Assembly (NCBI GenBank): GCA_044222185.1
Contig: JBGANV010000007.1
Span: 224,001-288,000, forward strand
Origin: Planctomycetota bacterium
GTDB lineage: Bacteria; Planctomycetota; GCA-002687715; CAIWVZ01
Length of the DNA stretch: 64,000 nt
Reading direction: 5' to 3'
Shown piece by piece: positions 20,114 through 29,381 of this stretch. The translations under genes were made by a program, and so were the position numbers. The notes beneath the pieces are model-generated. The model saw only the letters and a program-made list of their open reading frames with translations, had not been told where the DNA came from and made no database searches. The stretch's first letter is position 1; every line of letters begins with the position of its first letter.

Positions 20114-20125
20114 GCGAGCACTTTC

Positions 20126-21949
20126 TCAGAGCTCGTGGATCACGCCAGAGCAGCGGGGGACGTCGACGTGAATCACGCGGTGGTCGACTTCGATCTTCGC
20201 GGTGACCGGTGCGCCGGGATTCGTCACGATCAGCGCGGTGCCCCGCCGGCTCACCTGGACGCCGGCCGTGAGCGAGAGCGCAGGGATCGTCATGCGATGA
20301 AATCGGTGGACCGCGAGGATCGCATCCCGGTTCGGGCGGCATCCCAGCACGAGCAATGAGCCTTGGCCCCGTCGCTCGAAGTAGCCCGTGACGTACCGCC
20401 GCCCCACGGCGACGTGCATGAGTCGCTCCATGTCGGCGTCGGTTCTCCACGCGAGCTGCGTGGCGACGACGGGGGACCCGGGGGGCGAGCGATGGTCGAA
20501 GACGGGGCCGTTCGCGATGAACGCCTCGGTCGAGCCGGGTAGCACGACCTTCAGGTTCTCGGCGCCCGGGTGGCTCGTTCCATCCGGCGTCGCGCACCCG
20601 GCCGGAAGTCGTTGGAACGCGACGACGTGCCCGCCAGCTTCCGCGTACCGCCAGAGGTGGGACGCGTCCGCGAGCTCTCCAGCGACGAACAGCAACGGTG
20701 GCGCGCTGCCACCGATCGGTTCATCCACATCCACGAAGTCGTATTCGACGCCCATCTCCTGGAGCGTTTCGAAGAGGGGGTCGTCCGCGGGGCGCTTCTC
20801 GATCTGCGCGACCTGGTGCCAGTGCCAGGACCACGTCACACCAAACGAGACTTGGGGCGGCGGCGCGTCGCGGAGTTCGCGGAACGCTGCCGAGGCCTCG
20901 CGGAACGCGTCACCGAGTTCGGGGTGGATCACGCCGCGCTCGTTGATCGGCGCGCCGGTCCAGTTGTCGCGGTTCGCGAGCATGTACCAGTTCCACCCGC
21001 GCACGCCGCTCTGCAGCGCCGTCATCGCCGTCAAGCGGTAATGGTCAGGCGAATACTCGGGGGGCGCGCCGTGCCACACTCCCGCGCCGAACTCGGCGAT
21101 GTAGGGGAAGTCGGTGACGCACCGGAGCAGCCGGAGGCGCTCGCGGAAGTAGCGCAGGTCCGTGCGACACTCGTTCGAGGGGTACGGGTCGATGCCGTAG
21201 AAGTCGGCGATCGATGCGAGGTCCCGCCAGTGCTGTGCGTCGACGCCCGGCCACGTGTTCAGGAGGATGGGCACCGTGCAGCCATTCGCGCGGAATGCCT
21301 CGACGACCCAGCGCGCATAGTCCGTGGCGAGGTCGTAGCGGTACCGGCAACCGTCGCGCAGGCGTGGATCGTCGCGAAGCGGTCCGATGGGAGCGAGCGC
21401 GGGGATCGCCTCGGCGAACGCGGCGTAGTTCGTGTTCCATGCGGCGTTCATCGCTGCCGGTGTCCCGTACCTCCGCTCGAGCCATGCGGCGAACCCCTGG
21501 TCTTCGCCGTAGATGTACGGCATGGGGTCGATCTCGTTGTCGGCCTGGACGGCGACGATGAGCGAGCCGAGGTGTGGCCGCAGGACTTCCATGACGGCGT
21601 CGATCCACGCGGCGGCCTTGCGGCGGAACTCGGGATGGTGCTTGCCGAACGGGACCGCGTGATCGGGGATGCCCAGGTTGCGCCACTCGGCGTAGAAGAA
21701 CGGCCCCGGGCGCGCGAGCACGCGAAGTCGTCTCGCACGGATCTCGGCCAGGAACGCCTGGAGGAGCGCGAAGTCGAAGACGCCTTCACGAACCTCGTGC
21801 AGGTCCCACATGACGTACATCCCGATGACCTCGGCACCGAGCGTCCGTGCCGAATCGAGGATTGCGCCCCAGTGCTTCGCCTGAACGCGACCGTAGTGGA
21901 TCTCGCCGCCGACCATGGGCGGGAGCGACGCGACGTTGGCTTTCTTCAT
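20126..21949 (-). CDS. Beta-galactosidase-like glycoside hydrolase (GH35/GH42, clan GH-A)
   Basis: GGEIHYGRV, YVMWDLHE..EGVFDF, RPGPFFYAEW, VQADNE (acid/base) and PYIAEFGAG (nucleophile). No signal peptide. Confidence 0.85.
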   Translation of the reverse strand: MKKANVASLPPMVGGEIHYGRVQAKHWGAILDSARTLGAEVIGMYVMWDLHEVREGVFDFALLQAFLAEIRARRLRVLARPGPFFYAEWRNLGIPDHAVPFGKHHPEFRRKAAAWIDAVMEVLRPHLGSLIVAVQADNEIDPMPYIYGEDQGFAAWLERRYGTPAAMNAAWNTNYAAFAEAIPALAPIGPLRDDPRLRDGCRYRYDLATDYARWVVEAFRANGCTVPILLNTWPGVDAQHWRDLASIADFYGIDPYPSNECRTDLRYFRERLRLLRCVTDFPYIAEFGAGVWHGAPPEYSPDHYRLTAMTALQSGVRGWNWYMLANRDNWTGAPINERGVIHPELGDAFREASAAFRELRDAPPPQVSFGVTWSWHWHQVAQIEKRPADDPLFETLQEMGVEYDFVDVDEPIGGSAPPLLFVAGELADASHLWRYAEAGGHVVAFQRLPAGCATPDGTSHPGAENLKVVLPGSTEAFIANGPVFDHRSPPGSPVVATQLAWRTDADMERLMHVAVGRRYVTGYFERRGQGSLLVLGCRPNRDAILAVHRFHRMTIPALSLTAGVQVSRRGTALIVTNPGAPVTAKIEVDHRVIHVDVPRCSGVIHEL

Positions 21950-22457
21950 GGGGTTTCCGCGCGGCGCGTTCTACGCGAGGGGCACGGAAGCGAAAGCGGG
22001 GTGCCGGAGAAGACGGGGCGTGAAAAAAGTCGCGCCTGGCCGTCGGTCGCATGATCTGCACGACATCATGGTCGTGCTGCGAGACGTCGGATGCGCCGGG
22101 TGCCGGAGCTGCTTCACGGTCGTCGCGGGCGTGTTGGACGGGCCAGGAGGGCGCGTCGCGCAAATCGGGGCAAGGGCTCCGACCGTCCGCGGATCGAACG
22201 GTGACGTGTCATACGTGTCAGGCTCGGACCGGGCGCATGGTCGACGTCACTTCGCGTGATCGGCCACCGGCAAGGCCGGCAGTCGCGGCGACGGCCAAGC
22301 GCACGGCAGGATTCTAATCGCGTTCATCGCGTGACGCGAAAAAAAACTCGGGTGGATCTGTGCGAAGGCGAGGCGAACGAGGCTCAGCTCGAACTGGCGT
22401 CGGCAAACTACGCATCGCGCGGTCGACAACGTGCGCACCTGTGCGGAGAATGCCGCC

Positions 22458-24113
22458 ATGCTCAAGACCTTCACGGCATCGATGGTTGCGTTCCTGTGCC
22501 TCGTCGGCGATCTGCTCGGGCAGCAAGAACGCCCGACTGACGCACTTCTTACACGCGAGATGATCGCGGCGCCGCTGCGGTTCCTCTCCCACGATCTGCT
22601 CGAAGGCCGAGGCGTCGCCAGCCGCGGCGACGAGTTGGCGCGGCTCTACATCGCGACGCAGCTCGAGTCGTGGGGCTATCAGCCAGGCGCGGGCTCGGAT
22701 TTCGTCGTGGCCGCCAGCGGCGCGCAGGCGGACCTCGGATACGTGCAGCCCGTGCCGATCATCGGGATCACGTCCGTGATCGATGCCGGCCTCACGGCGA
22801 ATGGTCCCAACGGCAAGCTCGAGTTCGCCGCGCCCTCGGACTACACGGGGTACGCGTGGCAGCCGAAGGCGGTCACTTCCTGGAGTGACGCCGAACTCGT
22901 TTTCGTCGGGTACGGCATCACCGCGCCCGAGCAGAAATGGGACGATTTCAAGGACGTGGACGTGAAGGGGAAGGTCCTGGTCGTGATGAACAACGACCCG
23001 TCGTCGGACCCCGCGCTCTTCGCGGGCAAGACGCGCCTCTACTACGGTCGCTGGTCGTATAAATACGAGGAAGCGTCCCGCCGCGGCGCCCTCGGCGCGA
23101 TCATCATCCACACGGAGCCCTCCGCGGGGTATCCGTTCCAGGTGATCCAGTCGAAGCACGGCACGGAGTACTTCTGGCTGCCGTTCGAGAAGGACGAGTC
23201 GCTCCAGATCGCGGCGTGGATGGCGGACGATGCCGTCAAACGCATGGTGCAGCTCGCGGGTCACGATCTGGACGCCCTGCGCGCGAAGGCCGAGTCGCGC
23301 GACTTCCGTCCCGTGCCGCTCGGGATCAAGGCGACGTTGGGACTCAAGAACGCCGTGCGTGAACTGCGATCCGGGAACGTCGTCGCACAGATGACGGGGA
23401 GCGATCCCAAGCTCAAGGACGAATACGTCGTCGTCACTGCGCACCACGACCATCTGGGGCTCGGGCCGAAGAAGAACAACGACGCGATCTACAACGGCGC
23501 GCTCGACAACGCGTCGGGGTGCTCCATGATGCTCGCCCTGGCGCGAGCCATGACCACACCGACGCTGCGTCCCAAGCGGTCGATCATTTTCGCGTCGGTG
23601 ACGGGGGAGGAGTCCGGCCTCCTCGGTTCGGATTACTTCGCGCGGCATCCCACGGTTCCCGTCAAGCAGATCGTCGCCAATCTGAACATCGACGGGATCA
23701 ACATCTGGGGGCGGACGAAGGATCTTCAACTCGTCGGGTACGGGAAGAGCAGCCTCGCGAAGGTCGCGGCCGAGGTGGCAGCAGCCCGAGGGCGCACGGT
23801 CGTCCCCGACAGCGAGCCCGAGAAGGGGCTCTTCTATCGGTCCGACCATTTCTCGTTGGCGAAGGTCGGGATCCCCTCCGTGTACTTCAAGGCGGGGCAG
23901 GACTTCCTCGAAGATGCGGACGTGAAGCGGCGGGTGCAGCTCGCTTACACGGCAACGCACTATCACCAACCGAGCGATGAGTTCGATCGGAGGTGGCGAT
24001 TGGACGGCGCCGTCGAGGACGCGCGACTGATGCTCGATCTGCTCGTCCGCATGGCGAACGATGCGACGGCGCCGGCGTGGACTCCCGGTGACGAGTTCGA
24101 GAAAGCCCGTTGA
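22458..24113 (+). CDS. Secreted M28 family aminopeptidase with PA domain
   Basis: Signal peptide; LEGRG, VFVGYGI, YYGRWSYKYEEA, TAHHDHLG, NGALDNASG, GEESGLLGS, RSDHF and YHQPSD. Confidence 0.93.
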   Translation: MLKTFTASMVAFLCLVGDLLGQQERPTDALLTREMIAAPLRFLSHDLLEGRGVASRGDELARLYIATQLESWGYQPGAGSDFVVAASGAQADLGYVQPVPIIGITSVIDAGLTANGPNGKLEFAAPSDYTGYAWQPKAVTSWSDAELVFVGYGITAPEQKWDDFKDVDVKGKVLVVMNNDPSSDPALFAGKTRLYYGRWSYKYEEASRRGALGAIIIHTEPSAGYPFQVIQSKHGTEYFWLPFEKDESLQIAAWMADDAVKRMVQLAGHDLDALRAKAESRDFRPVPLGIKATLGLKNAVRELRSGNVVAQMTGSDPKLKDEYVVVTAHHDHLGLGPKKNNDAIYNGALDNASGCSMMLALARAMTTPTLRPKRSIIFASVTGEESGLLGSDYFARHPTVPVKQIVANLNIDGINIWGRTKDLQLVGYGKSSLAKVAAEVAAARGRTVVPDSEPEKGLFYRSDHFSLAKVGIPSVYFKAGQDFLEDADVKRRVQLAYTATHYHQPSDEFDRRWRLDGAVEDARLMLDLLVRMANDATAPAWTPGDEFEKAR

Positions 24114-24263
24114 GAAAGGTGCCGAGCGCGGCGATCCCTAAGTCGCTGGCCGATGGGGGGCTGTGCCGTCGGTCGCGGGAAGTCGCCGATCCGCGCATGG
24201 ACAACTCCGCTAATTCGAAACGCGTTCGACCGCCCAGCTTTCTCGAGGTTCGCCGGCAGAACT

Positions 24264-24292
24264 TTGACAAACACGTAGGCCGTCCCTAACTT
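24264..24292 (+). promoter_or_regulatory. sigma70-type promoter TTGACA-N17-TAACTT for the lamin-tail protein gene
   Basis: Perfect -35 at 24264-24269, 17-bp spacer, -10 at 24287-24292. AGGAG RBS at 24359-24363. Confidence 0.7.
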
Positions 24293-24369
24293 GCTGGGAC
24301 TTCCGGGCCGCCGAGAGTTCGGTCCGGCTGCTCATCTCCCAGTCAAGGAATCAAGAAAAGGAGTGCCGA

Positions 24370-26133
24370 GTGAAGACCTTCCGTCTCATGTTCTGCATGG
24401 CCGCCTTCGTTGGCGCCATGCTCGCGCAAGGCCCGACGATCGCGACGCACGTCGTGATCAACGAGTTCTCATACGACGATGAGGGCACGGACGATCGCGA
24501 GTTCGTCGAGCTCTACAACCCGCTTGCGACGCCGGTCGACATCTCGGGGTGGGTGCTCCAATCGGTCGATGAGGCGTACCCGACCGACAACAACGCCGAC
24601 TACACCGTTCCGGGCGCACCAGGCAGCAACACCACGGTGATTCCGCCGTTCGGCTACTACACCTTCGGCTCCGGCACGGTCACGCCGGCCGTGAACCAGG
24701 TCGTCGGCGCGACGAACCTCTGGGAGAACGACGCCGAGGCGATGATCCTCCGCGACGGCGCGAACAACATCGTCGACACGGTCACCTACGAAGGGAACAA
24801 GATCGGCCAGGGTCAGTGGGCCACGTTCCCGACGCAGTTCATCGAAGGCCAGGCGATCTGGGGGAACAGCACGTTCAACATCACCCCCACGCCCCAATCC
24901 TGGTCGCGGTGGAACGATGGCTACGACACCGACAACAACGGGAACGACTTCGGCGGCATGGCGATGACGCCGGGTACCTCGAACCACCTCGCCATTCCGA
25001 ATGCTCTGCCGTTCTTCAACAACTTCGATGCGCTCGCACCCGAGACGGCCGTCCCAGGCTTCATCGACTCGTTCGTGAACGCGCGCGCGATCGATCCGAC
25101 CGTGACGTCGGCGACGAACCCGAACGTCATCGCGGCCTCGCCGGCTGGCGGCTACGCCATGACGGTTTACGACCCGACAGGCGGCGGCAACACGGCGACG
25201 TTGAACACGACGCCGGCCCTCGACTTCCGGCTCGAGTGCTACGTCTACGTCTACGCGACGGGCACGGCGCGCATCGCGACCGACCAGGAGTATTGGGGCA
25301 TCGGAGTCCGCGGCACGGTCGACCCGACGTTCTACAACTTCCCGATCATCGGGCAGACGGGCCAGAACAACGCCAGCAGCAACACGGGCATCGCGTGGGA
25401 GTACGCGTACGTGAATAGCCAGGCGACCATGCGCCTCGTCGACGAGAACGACGGTGGTGACGACGAGACCGTGCTCCTCACGATCCCGATCACGGCCGGC
25501 GTGAACGACGGCTGGCAGCGCCTGCGCCTCGAAGTGACCGGCAACCAGATCGACGCGGTCTTCGGCGGCACCTACGGGTCGATCCTCGACGGCACGCGCT
25601 TCACGGGCTTCACGTCGACGAACGGTCTGGGCATGGCGTACCTCGGCTACCGCGAGGCCATCGCGACGAATGCGTTCAACCGCGCCGTCACCGTCGACAA
25701 CCTCAGCGTCATCGTTTCGCCGCTCACGACGGACGTCGATTTCATCAGCGTCGCGACCGGCGGCACGGTGAACTTCGGCCTCCACGGCGGGGCGGCGAAT
25801 GCGGGTCTCGCGTACATCCTCCTCGCCTCGGCGACGGGCGGCACGCCGGGCTTCGTCCTCGATGCGTCCCAGAACTTCACGGTCGTCCCGGTCGTTCCGG
25901 ACGCCGTGACGGACCTGGGCCTCCAGCTTGCGAACGTCAGCCCGCTCTTCGGCAACTTCATCTCGAACCTGGATGCGTCGGGTGAAGGCTCGGCGTTCAG
26001 CGCGCTGCCGCCGCTGCCGAGTGGCCTCGCCGGCCTCACGATTCACTTCGGCTACGTGGTGCTCAGCACGTTCTCGCCGTTCCAGTTGAATGGCTTCTCG
26101 AGCAACTCGCGCGCGATCACGCTCACGCCTTGA
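24370..26133 (+). CDS. Secreted lamin-tail-domain protein with a central beta-sandwich and a C-terminal ~130-aa domain
   Basis: Signal peptide (AMLA-Q); VVINEF..D..EFVELYNP..VDISGW and TPGTSN lamin-tail motifs. Strong codon bias. Confidence 0.88.
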   Translation: MKTFRLMFCMAAFVGAMLAQGPTIATHVVINEFSYDDEGTDDREFVELYNPLATPVDISGWVLQSVDEAYPTDNNADYTVPGAPGSNTTVIPPFGYYTFGSGTVTPAVNQVVGATNLWENDAEAMILRDGANNIVDTVTYEGNKIGQGQWATFPTQFIEGQAIWGNSTFNITPTPQSWSRWNDGYDTDNNGNDFGGMAMTPGTSNHLAIPNALPFFNNFDALAPETAVPGFIDSFVNARAIDPTVTSATNPNVIAASPAGGYAMTVYDPTGGGNTATLNTTPALDFRLECYVYVYATGTARIATDQEYWGIGVRGTVDPTFYNFPIIGQTGQNNASSNTGIAWEYAYVNSQATMRLVDENDGGDDETVLLTIPITAGVNDGWQRLRLEVTGNQIDAVFGGTYGSILDGTRFTGFTSTNGLGMAYLGYREAIATNAFNRAVTVDNLSVIVSPLTTDVDFISVATGGTVNFGLHGGAANAGLAYILLASATGGTPGFVLDASQNFTVVPVVPDAVTDLGLQLANVSPLFGNFISNLDASGEGSAFSALPPLPSGLAGLTIHFGYVVLSTFSPFQLNGFSSNSRAITLTP

Positions 26134-26176
26134 TCGTCGCGTGATGCGACACCTTCTCGGGGTGTCGTGACTGCAT

Positions 26177-26216
26177 GAAAGGCCCGTTGCGGAAACGCAG
26201 CGGGCCTTTCGGCTTT
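26177..26216 (+). terminator. Intrinsic terminator hairpin
   Basis: GAAAGGCCCGTTGCG-GAAA-CGCAGCGGGCCTTTC stem with a GAAA loop, 43 bp after the stop. A second hairpin CGACACC..GGTGTCG precedes it. Confidence 0.75.
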
Positions 26217-26516
26217 GATGGGGACCGGAGTTCGGCGCGATCCGCCCGTGCCCCAATGGCGAAAAGAAAAACGGCGCACCGGAGGTGTCGCCCGTGCGCA
26301 GCATTTCTCTTCCATCGCTGCCTCACGCCTGCGATCGCGCGCAGGCCGACCACGTCAGCCGCGCGCGCATTCGACGCGACCACAGAACTTCTCATGCGCT
26401 CTCCCGTCGGCGCACCGCGTGCGAGCTTGCCGCGCCCGCGTTTCCCTCCATGATGCCGCGCGACGCCCAGGGTCATGTGGTCGATCACGAACGTGGTCGG
26501 CCGTGGGAGGATGATC

Positions 26517-27257
26517 ATGAGAAGCAGTTGGAGCGTGTTGGTGACCGTGGCCATGCTGACGTTGCTCACGACGAGTGGGCGATCGCAGTGGATCCTCGAG
26601 TACGAGTACATGTCCGCGGCACCCGCGTCGAAGATGACGAGCTACTGCGGTCTCGAGCTGAGCGAGGCGTCGGCGCGCGCGCTGCCGTCGTCGATCTATG
26701 GATTCGGGCACGCGTTCGACGACACGCTGATGTGCAGCGGCCAGGCCGCGGCCGCTCACGAGGTCGTCCAGGTCGGGCAGAGTCGGTACGTGGGCGTCGA
26801 GCGGCCGACCATCGAGGTGACCGTGCACGCCCAGATGCAGGGTGAGGTCGACCTGCTGAATGCGCCGTGTGGTGCTGCTGCCGTCGGATTCGCGTCGTAC
26901 ACCTCGAACCTGTCGGCGAGTGGCGTGGTGGCGCGGCTCACTGAGTCGGCCGCTCAGACGGATGGCGTCCAGATCGGGGCCATCAACCTGAATCTCCCGG
27001 GAATGGGAGCGAGCATCGCCGTGCGGTCCGGGGTGGGAGAGGGCGTCTACCCCGACTTCGCCCTGGATTCCGGCTACTACGAAACCTGCGGAGTCGGAGT
27101 CTACGGCTACCGGCTTCGGGGCCGGGCGTACGTGAAGGTGATGGCCAACGGCGGCTGGTTCACGTTCGACGTCGCCGAGTGCTGCGCGCGCATCTTCGCG
27201 AACGCGAGCTACGTCGCGCACTTTGCGTATCTCGCCCAGGTTCCGATCTGTCCGTGA
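26517..27257 (+). CDS. Secreted cysteine-containing, predicted beta-rich hypothetical protein
   Basis: GGGAGG RBS; signal peptide MRSSWSVLVTVAMLTLLTTSGRS-Q. The start could be 26511. Confidence 0.75.
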   Translation: MRSSWSVLVTVAMLTLLTTSGRSQWILEYEYMSAAPASKMTSYCGLELSEASARALPSSIYGFGHAFDDTLMCSGQAAAAHEVVQVGQSRYVGVERPTIEVTVHAQMQGEVDLLNAPCGAAAVGFASYTSNLSASGVVARLTESAAQTDGVQIGAINLNLPGMGASIAVRSGVGEGVYPDFALDSGYYETCGVGVYGYRLRGRAYVKVMANGGWFTFDVAECCARIFANASYVAHFAYLAQVPICP

Positions 27258-27277
27258 TGAGGTGAGGGAGGCTCTCC

Positions 27278-29380
27278 ATGCGCGCATGGCACATCTGCCT
27301 GGTGGCACTCATCGTCTTCGTGGTTGCGTGGTGGCCCGGTGCACGACCGGACGATCACGCGCGTGTACCACGTGAGGTATTGGCGCGCGTGGAGGGCCAG
27401 GCCCCACTCGATTCGCGGCCAGGACGCGCCCGCACGGGCGTCGAGGCGGCGCTCCGCATACGTGATGAAGACGGCGCGCCGATCTCGGACGCGTCAGTCG
27501 TCGCGCGGTCCGAGTACCTCGAGTTTGCGCGGGCTCGTTCGGATCCTGATGGTCGCGCCCGCCTGCCCTGGGGCGGACTTGCGTTGATCCGCGTCGAGCG
27601 GGAAGGCTTCGTTCCCTGGACCGGCATCGTCAAGAACGACGATGACAGCGCAGTCGTCGCGTTGCGCCGACCGGCGTCGCTGCAGATCGATTTCGTGAGC
27701 GAAGCGGGAGAGCCCGTGGGCGGCATCGGCACCGAGCTCCTCGTCGACGGACAGGAGCATCCAGGGCCCGAAGCTCCTTCGTTGCCGCGGTCGTTCGCCC
27801 CGCTCGTTCAGACCCTGCTGGACCCCGCGCCCGTTCCGCCGTCGGATGAGGGCAGCGCTGTCGTGCGGCTCGCTCGCATCCTGTGCCGGAGGGAGAACGC
27901 CGACGCGCGGGTCGTCGAGATCTCGCCGTTCCTGGCGATCGACCCGGCTCAGATCTCCACGACGAACGGGTCCGTGAGCTGGAGCGTGCTGCCGTCGCGC
28001 TCGTCCATGCGGTGGGGCGTCACGTCTGGCCACGGAGTCGAGGTCGAGCCGCGCGCTCCGGCCGATGCACGCGGCGGGACCGAGACCGGACGATTCATGA
28101 GTGGGGCGCCGGGAACCGTGTCAGCGGCCTTCACGCTCGAACCGGGGGAACGGCGCCGCTACCTCTGCCTTGCCCATACCGCCACGCGCGTCCTTGGGCG
28201 GGTTCTCAGCCATGGGCAACCGCCGAGCCGCGCGTGTGTCGTGAAGCTGTTCGACGTGGAGAAACAGACGGCTCCCGATGGCACCTGGATCTTGGACGTA
28301 CGCCAGGAAGCCGAGCGCGGAACGGATGCTGACGGCTCTTTCGTCTTCGTAGGCGTGCGGCCCGGGCGCAAGGTCCTCCGCGGATGGTGGCGCGACGGTG
28401 ACGATCTGAACTTCGTCGGCACGGGCTTCACGCTCGAGCCGACCGAAACCAAGGACCTGGGCGTGCTCGAGGTCGGAGAGAGCGCCGTCGTGGAGTGTGA
28501 GGTCCGGCTGCGCGATCTTGCTGGTGGTGATGTACCGCGGGCGCTCGTCGCCAACTCGGATGTCGGCGCTCTCGTGGCGTTGAGTGGGATGGGCGACGAC
28601 GTGAGCCCCGTGGGCGCGGCGTTCCATGTGGAGGTCGAACGCGTCGTTCGACTTCACGGCCTTTCGCCTGGGAAGTGGCGTCTCAGTGCCGGCCCGCCCG
28701 TCACGTGGCCCGATCTCAAAGACACATGGCGTGGCGTCGAGCGCGACTCCGAGTCCACGTTCGTGACTCCCGGGGCGGGTACGCAGCGACTCGTGCTCAC
28801 GGTGTGCAAGGCGGGGTGGCTCAAGCTGCGTTGTCACTTCCCGGTGGATACTCGTTTCGCCGCGACGGCGACACTGATCCCGTCGACCGGAGGCCTGTCG
28901 AGCCGTTTCAACATCCCGCGGCGAGACGCCGCGGAGGCCGTGATCGAGCAAGAGGTGTTCGCGGGTCCATACACGATCCTGATTTCTCCGGCGCAGATCG
29001 ACCCGGCGACGGCCGATGTGAACTGGTTCGCGCTGCGTGACGTCGTCGTGGCACCGGGCGGGCGGACGGAGTGTGACACGGTCTTCGAGCGTGGCGTCGA
29101 GGTGACGGGCGTCGTGCGGACGACGGACGATCGGCCGGCTGCGCGATCGATCGTCGCACTTTCGGCAGTCGGCTTCGACGAAGCGGCGCGGCCGACGTGG
29201 CCTTATCAGGTGTTGACCGACGGCGAGGGTCGCTATCGGATCGCGGGGTTGATCCCGCACGCCACGTTCCGCGTGCGCACGAGCGAGCAGGTGATCTCCA
29301 CGGGTGCGGCGGGAGGCGCGCAATCGATCGATCTGCGGCTCCGCCCACGGGGAATCGTCCCGGTGGGGAACCGGCGATGA
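27278..29380 (+). CDS. Exported protein with repeated CarboxypepD_reg/Cna-B-like beta-sandwich domains
   Basis: GGGAGG RBS; N-terminal hydrophobic anchor; repeated D..G.P...A.V, TDADGSF.F.GV.PG and TDGEGRYRIAGL motifs. Confidence 0.8.
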   Translation: MRAWHICLVALIVFVVAWWPGARPDDHARVPREVLARVEGQAPLDSRPGRARTGVEAALRIRDEDGAPISDASVVARSEYLEFARARSDPDGRARLPWGGLALIRVEREGFVPWTGIVKNDDDSAVVALRRPASLQIDFVSEAGEPVGGIGTELLVDGQEHPGPEAPSLPRSFAPLVQTLLDPAPVPPSDEGSAVVRLARILCRRENADARVVEISPFLAIDPAQISTTNGSVSWSVLPSRSSMRWGVTSGHGVEVEPRAPADARGGTETGRFMSGAPGTVSAAFTLEPGERRRYLCLAHTATRVLGRVLSHGQPPSRACVVKLFDVEKQTAPDGTWILDVRQEAERGTDADGSFVFVGVRPGRKVLRGWWRDGDDLNFVGTGFTLEPTETKDLGVLEVGESAVVECEVRLRDLAGGDVPRALVANSDVGALVALSGMGDDVSPVGAAFHVEVERVVRLHGLSPGKWRLSAGPPVTWPDLKDTWRGVERDSESTFVTPGAGTQRLVLTVCKAGWLKLRCHFPVDTRFAATATLIPSTGGLSSRFNIPRRDAAEAVIEQEVFAGPYTILISPAQIDPATADVNWFALRDVVVAPGGRTECDTVFERGVEVTGVVRTTDDRPAARSIVALSAVGFDEAARPTWPYQVLTDGEGRYRIAGLIPHATFRVRTSEQVISTGAAGGAQSIDLRLRPRGIVPVGNRR

Positions 29381-29381
29381 C

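Noticed and set aside
21950-22457. Possible small gene or ncRNA in the 500-bp divergent intergenic region
   Set aside because: No ORF with coding bias and no recognisable RNA family or strong structure. The A-tracts fit ordinary promoter DNA.
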